Below are positions 53,281 through 63,243 of a stretch of DNA of 64,000 nt, in pieces; the stretch's first letter is position 1; every line of letters begins with the position of its first letter. The translations under genes were made by a program, and so were the position numbers. The notes below the pieces were generated by a model. It was not told where the DNA came from. It saw nothing but the letters and a program-made list of their open reading frames with translations, and did not search any database. This stretch comes from a virus, in the IMG/VR virus record IMGVR_UViG_3300033066_002009, positions 8,961-72,960 of that record; one strand, given 5' to 3'.

Positions 53281-53967
53281 GTATGCCCCGCCCATCCCGG
53301 GCGCGCTTACAAGGTTCTTGTATGTTTGGTCTTGGTCGTAACCGATCGACCCCGCGTAGAGCAGCCCAGCACCTGCGGCAAGGGCTCCAGGGATTGCGTA
53401 GCGCCCCACAGCCCGGCGCGCGCCCATCACCCCCTGTGCTGCGCGTTGGCCGACGCCTGGGCGCATCGGCGGTGGCTTTGGCACATCTTGTGGCGCAAGC
53501 TTCCCCATCCCTGCCATGCCAGGGTTTGCATTAAAGCTGCGCTGGCCCATCGCCTCTACTTCAGCCATCATTGGGTCAGTGCGTCCCGTTACGCGTGCCC
53601 CAGAGTTGGTAGGGGCGCGATCGGCCGCTGTCGGTTCTTGTGCCGGCACTGGACGCTGTCCCGCTGACGGGTTTGATGTGGGGGCCCCTGCTCGAATCTC
53701 GCCCATTCGTGCGCGAGCATTTGCCGCTTCAAATGGGTTTGAAGACGGGTGATTGGCGACAGCCTGCAGTCTAGCCATTCGCTGTGGCGACGCTGTTTTT
53801 TGAACCAGTGTTTCTAGACCGGTTAGCATCATTGTCCCTGGTTTGCTGGCAGTTGTGCCTTGCCGTCGTTTGCGATATTGCGTCCTAGCCTTGCACCGAG
53901 GGCTCCGCCTCCCATCATTCCGAGTACACCACCCGCAACTGCACCGGGGTTTTCTACTCCTTGCCAC
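53278..53967 (-). CDS. hypothetical protein (Ala/Pro/Gly-rich)
   Basis: Minus-strand ORF in the lysis/structural block. Confidence 0.4.
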   Translation of the reverse strand: MARSRKPRCSCGWCTRNDGRRSPRCKARTQYRKRRQGTTASKPGTMMLTGLETLVQKTASPQRMARLQAVANHPSSNPFEAANARARMGEIRAGAPTSNPSAGQRPVPAQEPTAADRAPTNSGARVTGRTDPMMAEVEAMGQRSFNANPGMAGMGKLAPQDVPKPPPMRPGVGQRAAQGVMGARRAVGRYAIPGALAAGAGLLYAGSIGYDQDQTYKNLVSAPGMGGAY

Positions 53968-54209
53968 TTATCTGGTGCGCCCATCGCCTGTGCCAGGAGT
54001 TGTCCGAGGGCTGCGCCAGTGATTCCGCCGCCAATTTGGCCAAGCCCAGCCCCGGTCCCGGTTCCAATCATGCTCTTGGCACTATCATCCCCGTAACCCG
54101 ACGCTGCGCCAGAGAGCGCGGGCCCGTATAGGGGCACACCGCCAAGCCATGTAGCGGCGTCCGAGATTTTCTCGAGCATGCCCTCAAGACCTGTACGTAG
54201 ATGGTTCAT
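53829..54209 (-). CDS. Gly-rich membrane protein
   Basis: Gly-zipper-like GxxxG repeats. Overlaps the downstream ORF. Confidence 0.35.
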   Translation of the reverse strand: MNHLRTGLEGMLEKISDAATWLGGVPLYGPALSGAASGYGDDSAKSMIGTGTGAGLGQIGGGITGAALGQLLAQAMGAPDKWQGVENPGAVAGGVLGMMGGGALGARLGRNIANDGKAQLPANQGQ

Positions 54210-54571
54210 GCGTAAGCGTCGATTTTTAGAATGGCAGGGATCGTAGTAGTGACTGTAAGTGTTGATAGAATTCCCTGTTGAGTGTTTGCAAGCAGGATAT
54301 ACCCCATCCCTGCCGCGAGGGGAATAGCGTCACTTCCGTTGATCTTGACCGTACACGAACCGAGGGTGCACTTTAGAAGGGTAATCTTGGCGCCACCTGT
54401 AGACAGCGTTCCGAGATTTACGGCTTGGTCTGTCACGGGTGTATCGTACTCTAGCTGCGCGGACAGCTTTTGTGAGTACACGAGGGAAAGCGCAAGGGAA
54501 ACGGCGGAAGGTGTTGCTCCTTCGTCGGCCGGGTAGTTTAGTGCACCTGTGATCGTCGCGGTCTGTGCCAT
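54206..54571 (-). CDS. hypothetical protein
   Basis: Minus-strand ORF. Confidence 0.4.
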   Translation of the reverse strand: MAQTATITGALNYPADEGATPSAVSLALSLVYSQKLSAQLEYDTPVTDQAVNLGTLSTGGAKITLLKCTLGSCTVKINGSDAIPLAAGMGYILLANTQQGILSTLTVTTTIPAILKIDAYA

Positions 54572-54612
54572 TTTTGCCCTCTATTTTGATCAATTATAGA
54601 GGATTGGTTCGG

Positions 54613-55086
54613 CTATGTGATAGCGGAAAACGGCACGCCTTGGCCGGCCCATTGCGCTATCCGCCCGTTCGGTGCTCGATCACGGATATCAATGTGGACC
54701 CATCCGGTGTAAAGGCCCAAGCCACCGATTTCGATTTTCTTGGCGGCAAGCAAAGCGCGAATCGTCTTGTGCACGGCTAACGGAGCAAGCCCTTCCACGG
54801 ATATGTCGGCGGCGCGGCCAGCGACGTGCTGAGAATTTTTAGCTACGCCTGTCCCTGATCCGTCAGCTTCTCGCAGCGAGGCGTTATGGGACGGCGTTCT
54901 GTAGCCTGAAACGACGGTCACGGGGCGGTTCCCGCACGCGGCTCTCACCGCTTCAAGCACAGCACAAAGCGGCTTCAACCGGCTTTCAATCCAGTTGGAT
55001 GGGTATGGAGTTCCGTCATGACATTGGAACTCTTTTAAATTGAAGTGCGTTGAAATGCCGTCAGACATCTTTACTGTTGAAGCCAT
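54613..55086 (-). CDS. peptidase M15 family endolysin (L-Ala-D-Glu / D-Ala-D-Ala peptidase-like)
   Basis: Zinc-binding motifs SGYRTPSHNA...SQHVAGRAADI...GWVHIDIR (H...D...H). Confidence 0.7.
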   Translation of the reverse strand: MASTVKMSDGISTHFNLKEFQCHDGTPYPSNWIESRLKPLCAVLEAVRAACGNRPVTVVSGYRTPSHNASLREADGSGTGVAKNSQHVAGRAADISVEGLAPLAVHKTIRALLAAKKIEIGGLGLYTGWVHIDIRDRAPNGRIAQWAGQGVPFSAIT

Positions 55087-55087
55087 T

Positions 55088-55393
55088 TTAACCCGCTACG
55101 AAATGACATGTGGGATCGAGACAATTTTTAATCACGCAATAAACGTTTTCAGGCATCACTATGCATCCTTGTGCTGCAGCAGAACAACGAACGCAGTTCC
55201 TGCCTTCCGACGTAAAAATTCCATCACAAGACGATTCGGGCACAAGCACTTCAGTAGTAGTGCAAATAGATGGCGTAGCGTTCAAAATTGGCGTGACCGG
55301 AATCGGGGCTTTTACACAACTGTACTGTGACAACAAAAGAATGGTTAACACCCCTCTTAAGTGAGTCACATTTCCTCCCGGCGAATTGTCCAA
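55088..55393 (-). CDS. Cys-rich small protein
   Basis: 10 Cys in 101 aa. Confidence 0.35.
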   Translation of the reverse strand: MDNSPGGNVTHLRGVLTILLLSQYSCVKAPIPVTPILNATPSICTTTEVLVPESSCDGIFTSEGRNCVRCSAAAQGCIVMPENVYCVIKNCLDPTCHFVAG

Positions 55394-56142
55394 CAGTCCT
55401 TTACAAAACCGTCAGTGAACATTTTATAGGGCATGTATCCGAATCCCCTATCTCCCCAGTCTTCGCCCCAAGAGTTCTGAAAACAGACCAAGCCAAGGTC
55501 GTCGTCATACCCTACCGCCAATACGGCGTGTCCACCGTAAAATGCTTCTGCCGGTTCGGGGTACTTCACTACCCCTGTTCTAGTACACTCATCGGATATA
55601 AAATTGGCAGGTACGAAGAACCCAAAAATAACAGGGAACCCCTGTGCAATAGACGCCTTAGCTGTAAATAGATCCGGACATCTATAGTAGAACAAGACCC
55701 GATGATTTTTGGCCTCGTTTTGCGCGTTTAGCGAAGGCTCTACGGAGAACATCGATTCGTCGTATGGCCACGTTGCCTCCAAAGGGGAACCGTACGTCGC
55801 CAGCACCTTCATGACGTCCCGGATCCGGCAACCGGAATCCACCGACGCAGGTACGCCTTCCTCCGTCCTGGAGTAGTAGTAAGAAAACAGTCTCGAGAAT
55901 ATTGGGTCTTGTTTCTGATCCTTTGTATACAGAAAGCCCATCGCTTCGCATGAGCTGTTTGTCGTGCATGTGCCTAACCGTCCTTGGTCCCTGATCGGTG
56001 GACAAAGATTCCGTAAACTTACGTTTTTCGGGAGCGCCGCATTGCGCATTGCGGCCATGAATTTGTCACGAGAGTCCTTCGTGTCGGGTTGCCACCCGCT
56101 CACGTGGCGTAATTTATCACCAACACGAAGGAGCGGAACCAT
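55366..56142 (-). CDS. papain-like cysteine peptidase (C1 family)
   Basis: Motifs DQGRLGTCTTNSSC (QGxCGSCW-like), GGHAVLAVGYD and NSWGEDWGDRGF. Confidence 0.6.
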   Translation of the reverse strand: MVPLLRVGDKLRHVSGWQPDTKDSRDKFMAAMRNAALPKNVSLRNLCPPIRDQGRLGTCTTNSSCEAMGFLYTKDQKQDPIFSRLFSYYYSRTEEGVPASVDSGCRIRDVMKVLATYGSPLEATWPYDESMFSVEPSLNAQNEAKNHRVLFYYRCPDLFTAKASIAQGFPVIFGFFVPANFISDECTRTGVVKYPEPAEAFYGGHAVLAVGYDDDLGLVCFQNSWGEDWGDRGFGYMPYKMFTDGFVKDCWTIRREEM

Positions 56143-56535
56143 TTACGGGGCTACCTTGTAGACTACGCCAGGGCGCTCCTTGGCCTTCCATTTTTCATAC
56201 GCTGACAGGAACTTGCCCTCGCCGCTGGTGAGCCGTGGAACTGTTGAAAAGTCGGAAGCTAGCGCCGCGATGATACACTCTCCGTCGCTCAATGCTGCGT
56301 TAGTCAAGGCGGCCAGGAGTGCCGGTGTATCAAATGTCCCCGTTGCGATCAAATTAGTCACAATGGCAGTACCACGTGCGGTTTGTTCCCCTGCAGCTAC
56401 TTTTGTGCAATCTACAATTTGCCGCGCTACCTTGCATTTAGGATCATCTAGGTGCGCTTTGTCCCAGCAATAACAACTTGGAACCAGCCCTAGAAACAGA
56501 AGTGCTAGAAACAAACCAGTGTACGAACGCATCAA
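56143..56535 (-). CDS. putative lipoprotein
   Basis: Signal peptide and Cys (LVPSCYC). Confidence 0.4.
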   Translation of the reverse strand: MMRSYTGLFLALLFLGLVPSCYCWDKAHLDDPKCKVARQIVDCTKVAAGEQTARGTAIVTNLIATGTFDTPALLAALTNAALSDGECIIAALASDFSTVPRLTSGEGKFLSAYEKWKAKERPGVVYKVAP

Positions 56536-56957
56536 TTAATCTCCTTTTTCATGACATCAGTGGAAAGCTTCATTTCGCGCACCCTAGACTCAACGTAGCT
56601 GCCCAACAATTTATCCATATCGCCGTTTTCATCTAGGCCAAGTACTGCCTTGATTTCCGCCAACCCCCTAGGTCCGAGATGTGCCCTTGCACTTTCAATC
56701 GCGGCGCTCTTTGCTTTCGCCATTTCTGCCACCGTTGCGTTGTCAGGCAAGTTACTTACGTACGCTTGCTCAACCTCATTGACTGCGGTGTACGTGATTT
56801 GGTCTAGCCGCGAAAGAATCCCTCGAATTTTTTCGTTTGTAACCTTTGCAGCAATCAGATCAGAAACCCGTTTTGCCACCAACCCAAGTAGTGCCACTAG
56901 AATCGGCAAGACAATTTTTAGTGACGCTACGGCGAATTCCATTAACTGTTCTTTCAT
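56532..56957 (-). CDS. membrane protein (holin/spanin candidate)
   Basis: N-terminal transmembrane segment, then a helical region. Adjacent to the lysis enzymes. Confidence 0.4.
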   Translation of the reverse strand: MKEQLMEFAVASLKIVLPILVALLGLVAKRVSDLIAAKVTNEKIRGILSRLDQITYTAVNEVEQAYVSNLPDNATVAEMAKAKSAAIESARAHLGPRGLAEIKAVLGLDENGDMDKLLGSYVESRVREMKLSTDVMKKEIN

Positions 56958-57220
56958 GGAATACTCCTCTCCACAGATGCCGGAACGCTAATAGACTGCT
57001 TTTCTGCTGGCTTGTTCTTGAATTTATGTGCGTAGCCAGCTTTCCATTGTTTTGACCCAGGGTACGTCGGGATGATTACGCCAAAGATGTGACCGCCTGT
57101 AAGCAGCTTTTCCAGGGCCGTTGAACCGCATTTGGCACACACAGGTTGTTCACCTGTTCCAAGCAGTTGTTCTGCACAAGTTCCGCAATCTCGACATTCG
57201 TAATCATCCATCTTGGGCAT
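56954..57220 (-). CDS. zinc-ribbon protein
   Basis: Sequence CRDCGTC...CAKCGS. Confidence 0.45.
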   Translation of the reverse strand: MPKMDDYECRDCGTCAEQLLGTGEQPVCAKCGSTALEKLLTGGHIFGVIIPTYPGSKQWKAGYAHKFKNKPAEKQSISVPASVERSIP

Positions 57221-57487
57221 TTATTCACCGAATAACTTTCGTTGCATTTCTTTGAACAAGTCAGCCATTTCTGTAGAAAGACCTTGTGTTGGCGCAGCAA
57301 TTGCCGCCGCCGCAGCGAGTCTGGCAAAGGCATCCGCAAACCAACGTTCTGTTTCTTGGTATTCTTCTTTCGTGCACACTCCCTTTTTTACGAGAGTATG
57401 GATGATGGCGTGTTGGGATATGAGAGTACCCCGCAGCAGGTCCGCTGCACGGTCGTCTAGTGCGGCTTTTTCGCTCACAGTTGTCAT
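57221..57487 (-). CDS. hypothetical protein
   Basis: Minus-strand ORF. Confidence 0.4.
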   Translation of the reverse strand: MTTVSEKAALDDRAADLLRGTLISQHAIIHTLVKKGVCTKEEYQETERWFADAFARLAAAAAIAAPTQGLSTEMADLFKEMQRKLFGE

Positions 57488-57514
57488 TCTACTCTAGATC
57501 CAATCTGCTGCAAA

Positions 57515-59386
57515 TCAGCATACGGCAACACCCGTTTCGCTAGCGCGAGGGTTAGCAGGGTCCGTACTATCCACCGATAGCATGTTTTCAGCGAACGCGT
57601 TTTTAGGCGCAGCATTGGCGGTAATCGATGCCGAAGGAGCGGCCTTAAGGTCATCGCTAAATGCGATCTGCTCCGCTTGCGTGATTATCGGTTCGATCGC
57701 ACTTAGCGCCAAGGATAGGGCGCTACGTTGCTGCCCTTGCGGTGTAATCGATAGCCCGATAGGCGTGGATGGCGCGACAAGCGTTGACGCACCTGGCGTG
57801 TTTGTCGTCGTGCCGAACATTGAATTTAGAAAACTGATCGCAGGGGAAACGTCTGCTTGACGAGGTCCTCCGGCGACGATTACAACTCCGATAACGTATT
57901 CATTCCCGTCGAACGGCGGCCGAGATTTATCCGTTGCGTCTGTCAGGCGGATTGCCAGCTCTCCCAATAAAAACGCGTCACCGCCGACACCGTGAAATTC
58001 AGTGGCGTAGACACTCGGTACTGATTGCAGTGCTGTCGTCAAAGCCTGAATCTTACCGGACAAGGTCGTGATCTTTGACACCAGGGCCGTTGTATTTTTT
58101 TGCAAAGCGGTCAACGCATCAATCACCGTATTTGATGATGCGCCTGTCGCCCTAGCTTGTAATGTTGCGAGGGCAGTTTTAATGCTGACAGATACGTCCG
58201 GGACCACGTCAATCGCTGACCCGTACGCAGTCCAGTCTGGGGGTACTCCTCGCGAATTCGGGGGGATTCTTCGCGTGTCCACTCGCCTAACTGCGGATAC
58301 AAGGTCCCACGGCAATTCCTTGTCTTTCCCACCCTCCGTGAGGGTCACTTTCCACGCTACGCAATAGTAGTAGTCTTTCGAGACTTCAAGGATCCCTTCG
58401 TCTACGTATGACGCGTTTCCACCGGAACCAATTGCAACAACTTTTGTGTTCCCGACTACCAGGCCCTCGGTCAGTGCACTGGTTCCAAGGAGGTCAATAA
58501 CGTTGTGAGCATTGTTCGCTGTTTTATCGGTCGTACGGATAACGGCATATTTCGTTACACGCATACTCACGCCTGGAAAGTATGGCGAAGAGAACGTCGC
58601 GCGCGGTGGATCCCAGTCGAGTCTAACGCCCATTTTCTGCGAGCGCGGAAGCGTCGTGGTCATTACTTTTAAATTGGCCGGAACTGGCACAGTAGATCGC
58701 GCAAGCCCGCCACTCGGTGGTCTGAATACTGCGTTAAACGCCGCGGCGGTTTGGAGCACTTCGTAAAAAGAAGTTGTTCCGGCTACAAGGGCTGCACAGG
58801 CGATGTAGTCTCCAGGGCTCTCGTATGCCGGTCTATTTGGGTCTTTGAGGTCATACATGGCGGAAGCCACGGTCCGGTAAAACCCTTTGTTACCGCCAGT
58901 CCCTGTTGACATCAACTGAGCATAGGCATTGTTCGCACTTGTTACAGACGTCCCAGTGACGTTCTTTGAGTCGGCCGTTACAGTGGTCCCTGTTTGCGCT
59001 GTCGCTTCACTGAAGCTTATTTTTGTCTCTTGCCATGAGAATCCGAGCCCCGCCATGTAGTCGGTTAAATTAGGTGGGAGTGTAATGGTGGTCGGCGCCG
59101 CAGGAAGACTCCGCGGCACCGGCACAAACAGCACATGTAGTTTTCCTGCCTGTAGAAGCCCCTCGATCGTAGCCGTTAACGCCGAGACAGCTACCCCAAC
59201 GAGATCGACGTTATTTCCACTAGATACTAGGCGAGCCTCGGTTTTGGCCAAATCTAGGGCCAGGTTCAAGGCATCAGAGATAGTTTTTGCGATGTCCCCG
59301 ACGCCTTTAATCGCGTCAGTTGCTTCTGACGGGATTACCTGTGAGAGGCTGAGCTTTCCCCATTTATCTGACATTTTGCCCACCAC
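57515..59386 (-). CDS. large tail/fibre-associated structural protein
   Basis: 623 aa, Thr/Ser/Ala/Gly-rich, located in the structural block. Confidence 0.45.
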   Translation of the reverse strand: MVGKMSDKWGKLSLSQVIPSEATDAIKGVGDIAKTISDALNLALDLAKTEARLVSSGNNVDLVGVAVSALTATIEGLLQAGKLHVLFVPVPRSLPAAPTTITLPPNLTDYMAGLGFSWQETKISFSEATAQTGTTVTADSKNVTGTSVTSANNAYAQLMSTGTGGNKGFYRTVASAMYDLKDPNRPAYESPGDYIACAALVAGTTSFYEVLQTAAAFNAVFRPPSGGLARSTVPVPANLKVMTTTLPRSQKMGVRLDWDPPRATFSSPYFPGVSMRVTKYAVIRTTDKTANNAHNVIDLLGTSALTEGLVVGNTKVVAIGSGGNASYVDEGILEVSKDYYYCVAWKVTLTEGGKDKELPWDLVSAVRRVDTRRIPPNSRGVPPDWTAYGSAIDVVPDVSVSIKTALATLQARATGASSNTVIDALTALQKNTTALVSKITTLSGKIQALTTALQSVPSVYATEFHGVGGDAFLLGELAIRLTDATDKSRPPFDGNEYVIGVVIVAGGPRQADVSPAISFLNSMFGTTTNTPGASTLVAPSTPIGLSITPQGQQRSALSLALSAIEPIITQAEQIAFSDDLKAAPSASITANAAPKNAFAENMLSVDSTDPANPRASETGVAVC

Positions 59387-59517
59387 GAGCGACTAACAAC
59401 GACATTGCTCGATCAAGTTGTTCTTTTAATTCCAGGCGCGCAATCCTTAACAACAGGACCCGAAGGCCGATCAAATCCTTGAGGACGTTGTTGTCTCCCC
59501 ATTCTTTAGGCGACGCG

Positions 59518-61023
59518 TCAGGCATTTTTAACCTTAGTTGAGGTGTACTGTTGTGCAGAAAGCACATTAGACACGAATTGGTTCAGGAGGGCTTGTGACG
59601 CCTGTAGGCCCGTTAGGGTCTGTGCAGTAGGCCCGCCCTGTGTTCCCGCCGACAGGGCAATCAACAATGTTTGTAGGAATCGTCCAAGATCACGTAGAAA
59701 CGTGTCGAATAGGGGAAGCGGGTGACTCGCCCCTTGTCCGACGTCAATAGACGCGCCGTCTAATTCCATCTTTCCATTGGCTTTATTTACAATCTTTCCG
59801 CCGGATTCAATTGAGACGTCACCCAGTTGTGTTCTCAAAGCCCAGCCCGCCTGTGCAGATACGTTCGCGCCTTTTGCAGGGTCACCAAGGCTAATCTCCC
59901 AACCACCGTTTAGAACGGTAGTAGAGATCGCAATATTCCCTTTTTTTGCCTTAGACGAGGGACCGCCTGAAATAACTTCATTTCTCACGCCACCTACGCT
60001 CACAACTTCGTCACGGTTTGTCGTGGCTGTTCGATCATTACCTACTGTGAGGCTGGCGTCTCCCCCGACGTTTTGTGCGAGGGACTGCCTCACGTCAATA
60101 GACTGAGAACCGCCAACCGAGGTCGTATCGTTGCCGTCTACGTCGATATATCGGTCACCCTCGTGTCGCTCGGTCGAGCCACCGGATTTTCCTGAAGAGA
60201 ACTCCGTACCGCCTTTCCCGTAAAATTGAAGATGCCCGTCAGGGTCAACGTGCATCCTGAACAGCGGGCGACCGTCGTTATCGGTGATTTCAAAATTAAA
60301 CAGGCCACCTGAGGCTCCTAGGTCTAGGCGGATTGTCCAGTGTTCTTCACCTACACCGGTTTCAGTTTGTTGGTTAGACCCCGCACGTAGAATGAAAGAC
60401 GTTTTCCCACCGTCATTTTCGACTTTCCACCAGCCGAAATCCGTTACGGCCTGCATACGCTGGGCTACCAGTCGCAATAGCCCCGTTAGGCCGAGGGATT
60501 GTACTAAAGCGTTAGGGCTTCCTAAGTGCGCGATACCGCCATTTAGCACGCCAATCGCTTGACCCTCAGTGCCGTAGCGTACGAAATCTCCTGCCATCAG
60601 GTCACTAGGTGCGTCAGCAGGTCTGTAGTTACTCCGCCCTTGTATCGGTTGCAGCGGATTGTCGTCGCCGAGCCCAGGAACCCCTGTAAGGCTTGGGCGA
60701 AGAGGAGAGTCAACCTGGCGGCCGCCTGGCTCAAAACACCCGACAATTACTGGTGTAAACCCAAGATCCCACGAGATCACCACGTCTGTCCCAGGTTCCA
60801 GCATCTCCACGGAGCGCGGGCCACTGCGAAGCTGGGGGACGTCGGGTAATAGACGGCCTTCGTTTGTACGGACGTCCGCAGAGTGTGTACCTACGTGGTA
60901 CGCAACGACGGTTCCAGCTTCCCAACTTCGGCCGTCGGAGCCGCGTGAAAGCGCCGCCGCGCCCATCATCTTATCGATGGGGCGCGGCTTTAAGGGATCT
61001 TTATTATTTCGGCGGGGTGCCAT
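59518..61023 (-). CDS. baseplate/tail structural protein
   Basis: 501 aa, Gly-rich beta-strand composition. Confidence 0.45.
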   Translation of the reverse strand: MAPRRNNKDPLKPRPIDKMMGAAALSRGSDGRSWEAGTVVAYHVGTHSADVRTNEGRLLPDVPQLRSGPRSVEMLEPGTDVVISWDLGFTPVIVGCFEPGGRQVDSPLRPSLTGVPGLGDDNPLQPIQGRSNYRPADAPSDLMAGDFVRYGTEGQAIGVLNGGIAHLGSPNALVQSLGLTGLLRLVAQRMQAVTDFGWWKVENDGGKTSFILRAGSNQQTETGVGEEHWTIRLDLGASGGLFNFEITDNDGRPLFRMHVDPDGHLQFYGKGGTEFSSGKSGGSTERHEGDRYIDVDGNDTTSVGGSQSIDVRQSLAQNVGGDASLTVGNDRTATTNRDEVVSVGGVRNEVISGGPSSKAKKGNIAISTTVLNGGWEISLGDPAKGANVSAQAGWALRTQLGDVSIESGGKIVNKANGKMELDGASIDVGQGASHPLPLFDTFLRDLGRFLQTLLIALSAGTQGGPTAQTLTGLQASQALLNQFVSNVLSAQQYTSTKVKNA

Positions 61024-61060
61024 GCCACACGATCATGTCGCGTGGATGGGAGAAGTCAAC

Positions 61061-61333
61061 TTACTTAGACGGATGTTCGAGGTGCCCTACGCGTACTTCG
61101 AGATTGATCAGCTCTCTCTCGTTGTTCGTGATACGCATGTCCATCAACGCGATCTGCTTGTCCTGCTGCGCGGTGGACTCCTGTAGCCGTAGAATTCCCT
61201 GCTTAAGCTCTAGAACCGCAGACTTCAGTACAACTACTGCCTCGGAAAGCTTCGTGAACGTAATTACGAAGCCTACGAGGGCCACAAGAAGCGTGAACAC
61301 ATTTCCAACAAGGGGCAATATCCAAGAAGGCAT
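61061..61333 (-). CDS. small membrane coiled-coil protein
   Basis: N-terminal transmembrane segment plus heptad repeats. Confidence 0.35.
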   Translation of the reverse strand: MPSWILPLVGNVFTLLVALVGFVITFTKLSEAVVVLKSAVLELKQGILRLQESTAQQDKQIALMDMRITNNERELINLEVRVGHLEHPSK

Positions 61334-61379
61334 TTACAAGGCTCCGCGGCTGGTGGCTTCAGCCGTGTTTGTGCGAGGA

Positions 61380-62141
61380 TTAGGCTTCTGGTTCGGTTAC
61401 GCCGCTGTTATCCTCGGTGTGGATCTCCTTTGCGCGATCATCGGCAAAGTTGAGAATGGTGTCAAGATTTCCGACAGTGATGGGAGACCCGCCCGCATGC
61501 GGACGGATGCCTGATGGGCTGTTTTCACCAAATGGAAGTAGGCGATCAGAGACACCAGTAACGTTTTCCAGAATCAGGTTCTGGCCCGCGTTCCAGCCGA
61601 TTGAATAGCTATTGATCATTGTTAGTTCCGCGTAGAAGCCGCCGCAATATCCGTGAGTCTTGTCGCGGAAAACGCTCGCTAGGCCGAATGGCACTAGGAA
61701 CAACTCTGAATCAAGGTTGATGTAGTATTGCTGATTGCCGCTTGACGCCGTTGCTACGTCGTCGAACTTCGAGGGGTCAACTCCACCCTTTACGGCGTTG
61801 TGGTACAGCACACGGAGAAGGTTTCGACCGTTTACGAACAGTCGTCCCATTGACCACTGGGTTTGAGCCTTTCCAGACACGTAGAAGCTGCGTCCGGACC
61901 CAATCGCCATCATCGGCTGAGTCGGCTTACTCTGTGTGAATTGGACCGCCTGTAGCATGCCGATCGCTAGAAGCGAGGTAGCGCCACCTTGCGTCAGGCC
62001 CTGAATACGGGCGGGACCCGCCAAAACAAGGGTGTCATCCGGGTGCGCCGCAGTATACGCGGCGTTGTCCATTACGCGCTCAACATAAGACTCCTGGAAT
62101 TGCCAGGTGTCGAAATTTCTAACTACTCCAAGAGTGGACAT
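61380..62141 (-). CDS. structural protein
   Basis: 253 aa in the structural block. Confidence 0.4.
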   Translation of the reverse strand: MSTLGVVRNFDTWQFQESYVERVMDNAAYTAAHPDDTLVLAGPARIQGLTQGGATSLLAIGMLQAVQFTQSKPTQPMMAIGSGRSFYVSGKAQTQWSMGRLFVNGRNLLRVLYHNAVKGGVDPSKFDDVATASSGNQQYYINLDSELFLVPFGLASVFRDKTHGYCGGFYAELTMINSYSIGWNAGQNLILENVTGVSDRLLPFGENSPSGIRPHAGGSPITVGNLDTILNFADDRAKEIHTEDNSGVTEPEA

Positions 62142-62153
62142 TCTTTAATCCTT

Positions 62154-62804
62154 TCACCCGCCGTGTAAGGCGCCTAGACCTTGCCGGGCAACCTGTAAGC
62201 CCTTGACGCCACCAATAGTAGCACCAAGTCCGCTCGTTAGTGTTGAAATCGGAATGCCCCATAAATTTCCTTGAGGGAGCATTTGACCGAGTCCGTGGCC
62301 AAGCAGGCCACCCGCCGCGATCCCAAGAGAAGAACCGAGAAGATGCTTTCCGACTCCGGGCATTCCACCGGCACGGTAGCCTTCCATGGCGGGATAAAGA
62401 GGACCCATTATGTCCCCTAAAACAACGTCGCGCAGTCCTTCGTGTTCATTTCCGGCGGACCCAGTTTTTCCGGCGGAAAGCGCGGGGCTAAAAAATTGGG
62501 CTCCCGCAAGTGCCCACGGGGGAATGTCCTCGCTGGTTGGGTCGATGGCGTAGGGCGCACCCGCGGGCATCGCAGATGCCCGCTGACGTTGCTGGGTTTG
62601 TTGCGCTCCGAGATGCCGCCCAATCACGTTACCCATGAAAGTGGGAATCGTGCCGGCAAGAATTGGGAGAGCAAACCCCGCATTCGGGTGCTTCTCTTTG
62701 ATGTACCCCGCTGTAAGCGCACCAGCAAGACCACCAAGAGTAGTTCCGAGCGTACCCGGATCGATGGCCATATTGGCGGCCTTCTGTCCGAGCGACTTTG
62801 TCAT
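62154..62804 (-). CDS. Gly-rich structural protein
   Basis: 216 aa. Confidence 0.4.
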   Translation of the reverse strand: MTKSLGQKAANMAIDPGTLGTTLGGLAGALTAGYIKEKHPNAGFALPILAGTIPTFMGNVIGRHLGAQQTQQRQRASAMPAGAPYAIDPTSEDIPPWALAGAQFFSPALSAGKTGSAGNEHEGLRDVVLGDIMGPLYPAMEGYRAGGMPGVGKHLLGSSLGIAAGGLLGHGLGQMLPQGNLWGIPISTLTSGLGATIGGVKGLQVARQGLGALHGG

Positions 62805-63235
62805 TAGCGGCCCCCGGAGAGCCTATCCATTGCGTTGCCCGCGACGTGTCCAACAGCCGCATCAGCAATCTGACCAACGGCGCCCGTGCCGAGACGCTTG
62901 CCTACGCTAGGAAGGGCTGCACGCATTAGGGGCCCAGCAGCGATATTTGCCACGGTACCGAGGAAAGCCATTTTGTATCGGTTCAACACTGATTGAACCC
63001 CCTCTTGGTACGCACGGTCAGCGTGAGCCATCTTCATGCCCCCACTAACCATCGGCCCCTCTTGGAGCATCGCGCGCATTTTAGGAACGGCAGGGTTGGC
63101 TGCACCACTAAGACCTGAGAGCAAAGAAATGTTAGCTAGCTTCATTTCTTGTCCCACTGACCATGTCTCAACAGAGGCCCCTGCTTCCGCAGCACCCTTT
63201 GTTAGATCAGCAATGATCTTATCGAGATAGGTCAT
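62804..63235 (-). CDS. structural protein
   Basis: Stop overlaps the start of the downstream gene. Confidence 0.4.
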   Translation of the reverse strand: MTYLDKIIADLTKGAAEAGASVETWSVGQEMKLANISLLSGLSGAANPAVPKMRAMLQEGPMVSGGMKMAHADRAYQEGVQSVLNRYKMAFLGTVANIAAGPLMRAALPSVGKRLGTGAVGQIADAAVGHVAGNAMDRLSGGR

Positions 63236-63243
63236 TTAAGCCC

